Positions 62,541 to 64,000 of a DNA stretch of 64,000 bases are shown here, piece after piece (the first letter of the stretch is position 1; each line of letters begins with the position of its first letter). The stretch spans positions 1 to 64,000 of the forward strand of contig JANOQI010000046.1 of assembly GCA_031414775.1 (NCBI GenBank), read 5' to 3'. This stretch comes from Synechococcales cyanobacterium VAR_4_metabat_354. GTDB taxonomy: Bacteria > Cyanobacteriota > Cyanobacteriia > Cyanobacteriales > Chamaesiphonaceae. The translations under genes and the position numbers were made by a program. The notes beneath the pieces are model-generated. The model had not been told where the DNA came from. It searched no databases and saw nothing but the letters and a program-made list of their open reading frames with translations.

Positions 62541-64000
62541 CTAGATAATAGGAAGTAAAACATCAATGATTTTAATCGCGATAAACGGGGCAATTACACC
62601 GCCTAATCCGTAGATTAAAATATTACGTTGCAATAATTGGTCGGCAGTTAATGGACGAAATTTAACTCCATTGAGAGCCAGGGGAATTAAGATGGGAATA
62701 ATTAGAGCGTTGTAGATTAGTGCGGCGAGAATAGCCGATTGGGGACTCTTTAAACCCATTACATTTAATGTCCCAATGCCAGCGGCGGCAAAGATGGTGG
62801 GAATAATCGCGAAGTATTTGGCGATATCATTAGCGATCGAGAAAGTCGTTAAGGCACCACGGGTAATTAGTAGTTGCTTGCCGATTGCCACCAAATCGAT
62901 CAACTTGGTTGGATCAGAGTCTAGATCAACCATATTGGCCGCTTCTTTGGCTGCTTGGGTACCGGAGTTCATCGCTACCCCGACATTTGCTTGGGCGAGG
63001 GCAGGCGCGTCGTTGGTACCATCGCCAGTCATGGCTACCAGCTTACCTTGGGATTGTTCGCGCTTAATTACGTCGATTTTATCTTCCGGTGTGGCTTCGG
63101 CGATAAAGTCATCGACTCCCGCTTCTTGGGCAATCACCGAGGCGGTGATCCGGTTATCGCCAGTGAGCATAATCGTTTTGACACCCATCCGCCGCAGTTG
63201 ATCGAAACGTTCTTTCAGTCCAGATTTGACAATATCTTTGAGATAAATTACGCCGTACAAGTCCCCATCCTGACACACGCCGAGGGGAGTTCCACCTAGT
63301 TTTGAGACTTGCTCGTAGGCGGTATCAAATTCGCTGGGAATAGTACCGCCACGGGAACGCACAAACCCCCGAATTGCATCGATCGCCCCTTTGCGAATTT
63401 CGATACCATTAGGTAAATCGGTACCGCTCATGCGGGTTCGAGCTGAGAATTCTACCCCCGTTGCTTGCGCTGGATCCACATCAATTTTTGTACCTAATTT
63501 TTCGGCGAGTTGGACGATCGATTTACCTTCAGGTGTTTCGTCAAACAAGCTTCCAGCTAGAGCTACAGCCGCCAGTTCTTGGACAGAATGATCGTTGACG
63601 GGGATAAATTCATCAGCCAATCGATTCCCCAGGGTGATTGTACCCGTTTTATCGAGAATCAATGTATTGACATCGCCGCAGGCTTCCACCGCCCGCCCAG
63701 ATGTAGCGATCACATTAAATTGCGCTACCCGATTCATCCCTGCAATCCCGATCGCACTTAGCAATCCACCAATTGTAGTCGGAATCAACGCGACTAATAA
63801 TGATACTAAAATCGCAATCGTCACTGGTGTTTTGACATAGTTTGCTAGTGGCGACAGAGTGGCTACCACAATCAAAAATACCTGTGTCAGCACCGCCAGA
63901 AATACCGTCAGGGCAATCTCATTCGGCGTTTTCGAGCGTTTGGCACCCTCTACCAAGGCGATCATTCGATCAATAAATCCCTGCCCTGGATCGGCAGTAA
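62541..64000 (-). CDS. kdpB: K+-transporting ATPase subunit B (5' part outside the window)
   Basis: [14 protein letters not shown] phosphorylation motif, [15 protein letters not shown]. Confidence 0.97.
   Translation of the reverse strand, partial: TADPGQGFIDRMIALVEGAKRSKTPNEIALTVFLAVLTQVFLIVVATLSPLANYVKTPVTIAILVSLLVALIPTTIGGLLSAIGIAGMNRVAQFNVIATSGRAVEACGDVNTLILDKTGTITLGNRLADEFIPVNDHSVQELAAVALAGSLFDETPEGKSIVQLAEKLGTKIDVDPAQATGVEFSARTRMSGTDLPNGIEIRKGAIDAIRGFVRSRGGTIPSEFDTAYEQVSKLGGTPLGVCQDGDLYGVIYLKDIVKSGLKERFDQLRRMGVKTIMLTGDNRITASVIAQEAGVDDFIAEATPEDKIDVIKREQSQGKLVAMTGDGTNDAPALAQANVGVAMNSGTQAAKEAANMVDLDSDPTKLIDLVAIGKQLLITRGALTTFSIANDIAKYFAIIPTIFAAAGIGTLNVMGLKSPQSAILAALIYNALIIPILIPLALNGVKFRPLTADQLLQRNILIYGLGGVIAPFIAIKIIDVLLPII

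Noticed and set aside
1..64000. CRISPR arrays, rRNA genes, prophage genes
   Set aside because: No regularly spaced direct repeats, rRNA-like tracts or phage structural genes were seen.

Overview
Cyanobacterial chromosomal window (very frequent CGATCG/HIP1-type palindromes; cyanobacteria-typical fraH, hpsJ-like, patA-type taxis operon, truncated kdpD). Most of it is housekeeping or signalling: dnaN, pgl, nusB-ftsY, lpxD, gmd, radA, rpsB-tsf, tocopherol genes, tRNA-Gly(CCC), dxs, a Che-like taxis operon, ubiD, a CheB/CheR hybrid kinase, a bacteriophytochrome operon and the kdp operon. Two AT-rich accessory loci stand out. (1) At 1.1-8.9 kb, an HTH - C39-peptidase ABC exporter - HlyD - PPIase operon faces four paralogous double-glycine-leader peptides, three with a curli-like Q/N core motif and with no modifying enzymes nearby; this is a candidate EbfG-like secreted amyloid or bacteriocin system. 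(2) At 22.0-25.2 kb, a three-gene island has a small protein and a translationally coupled membrane-anchored nSTAND1-TPR (NLR-like) protein that share a gapless 23-residue Q/G/N amyloid-like motif; this is a candidate prion-like (BASS-type) signalling or immunity system with unusual architecture. Also present are a tnpB-only IS200/IS605 element and, next to it, a doubly deleted CBS-CP12 pseudogene that the ORF track misses. Family assignments come from motif recognition by eye, not database searches.
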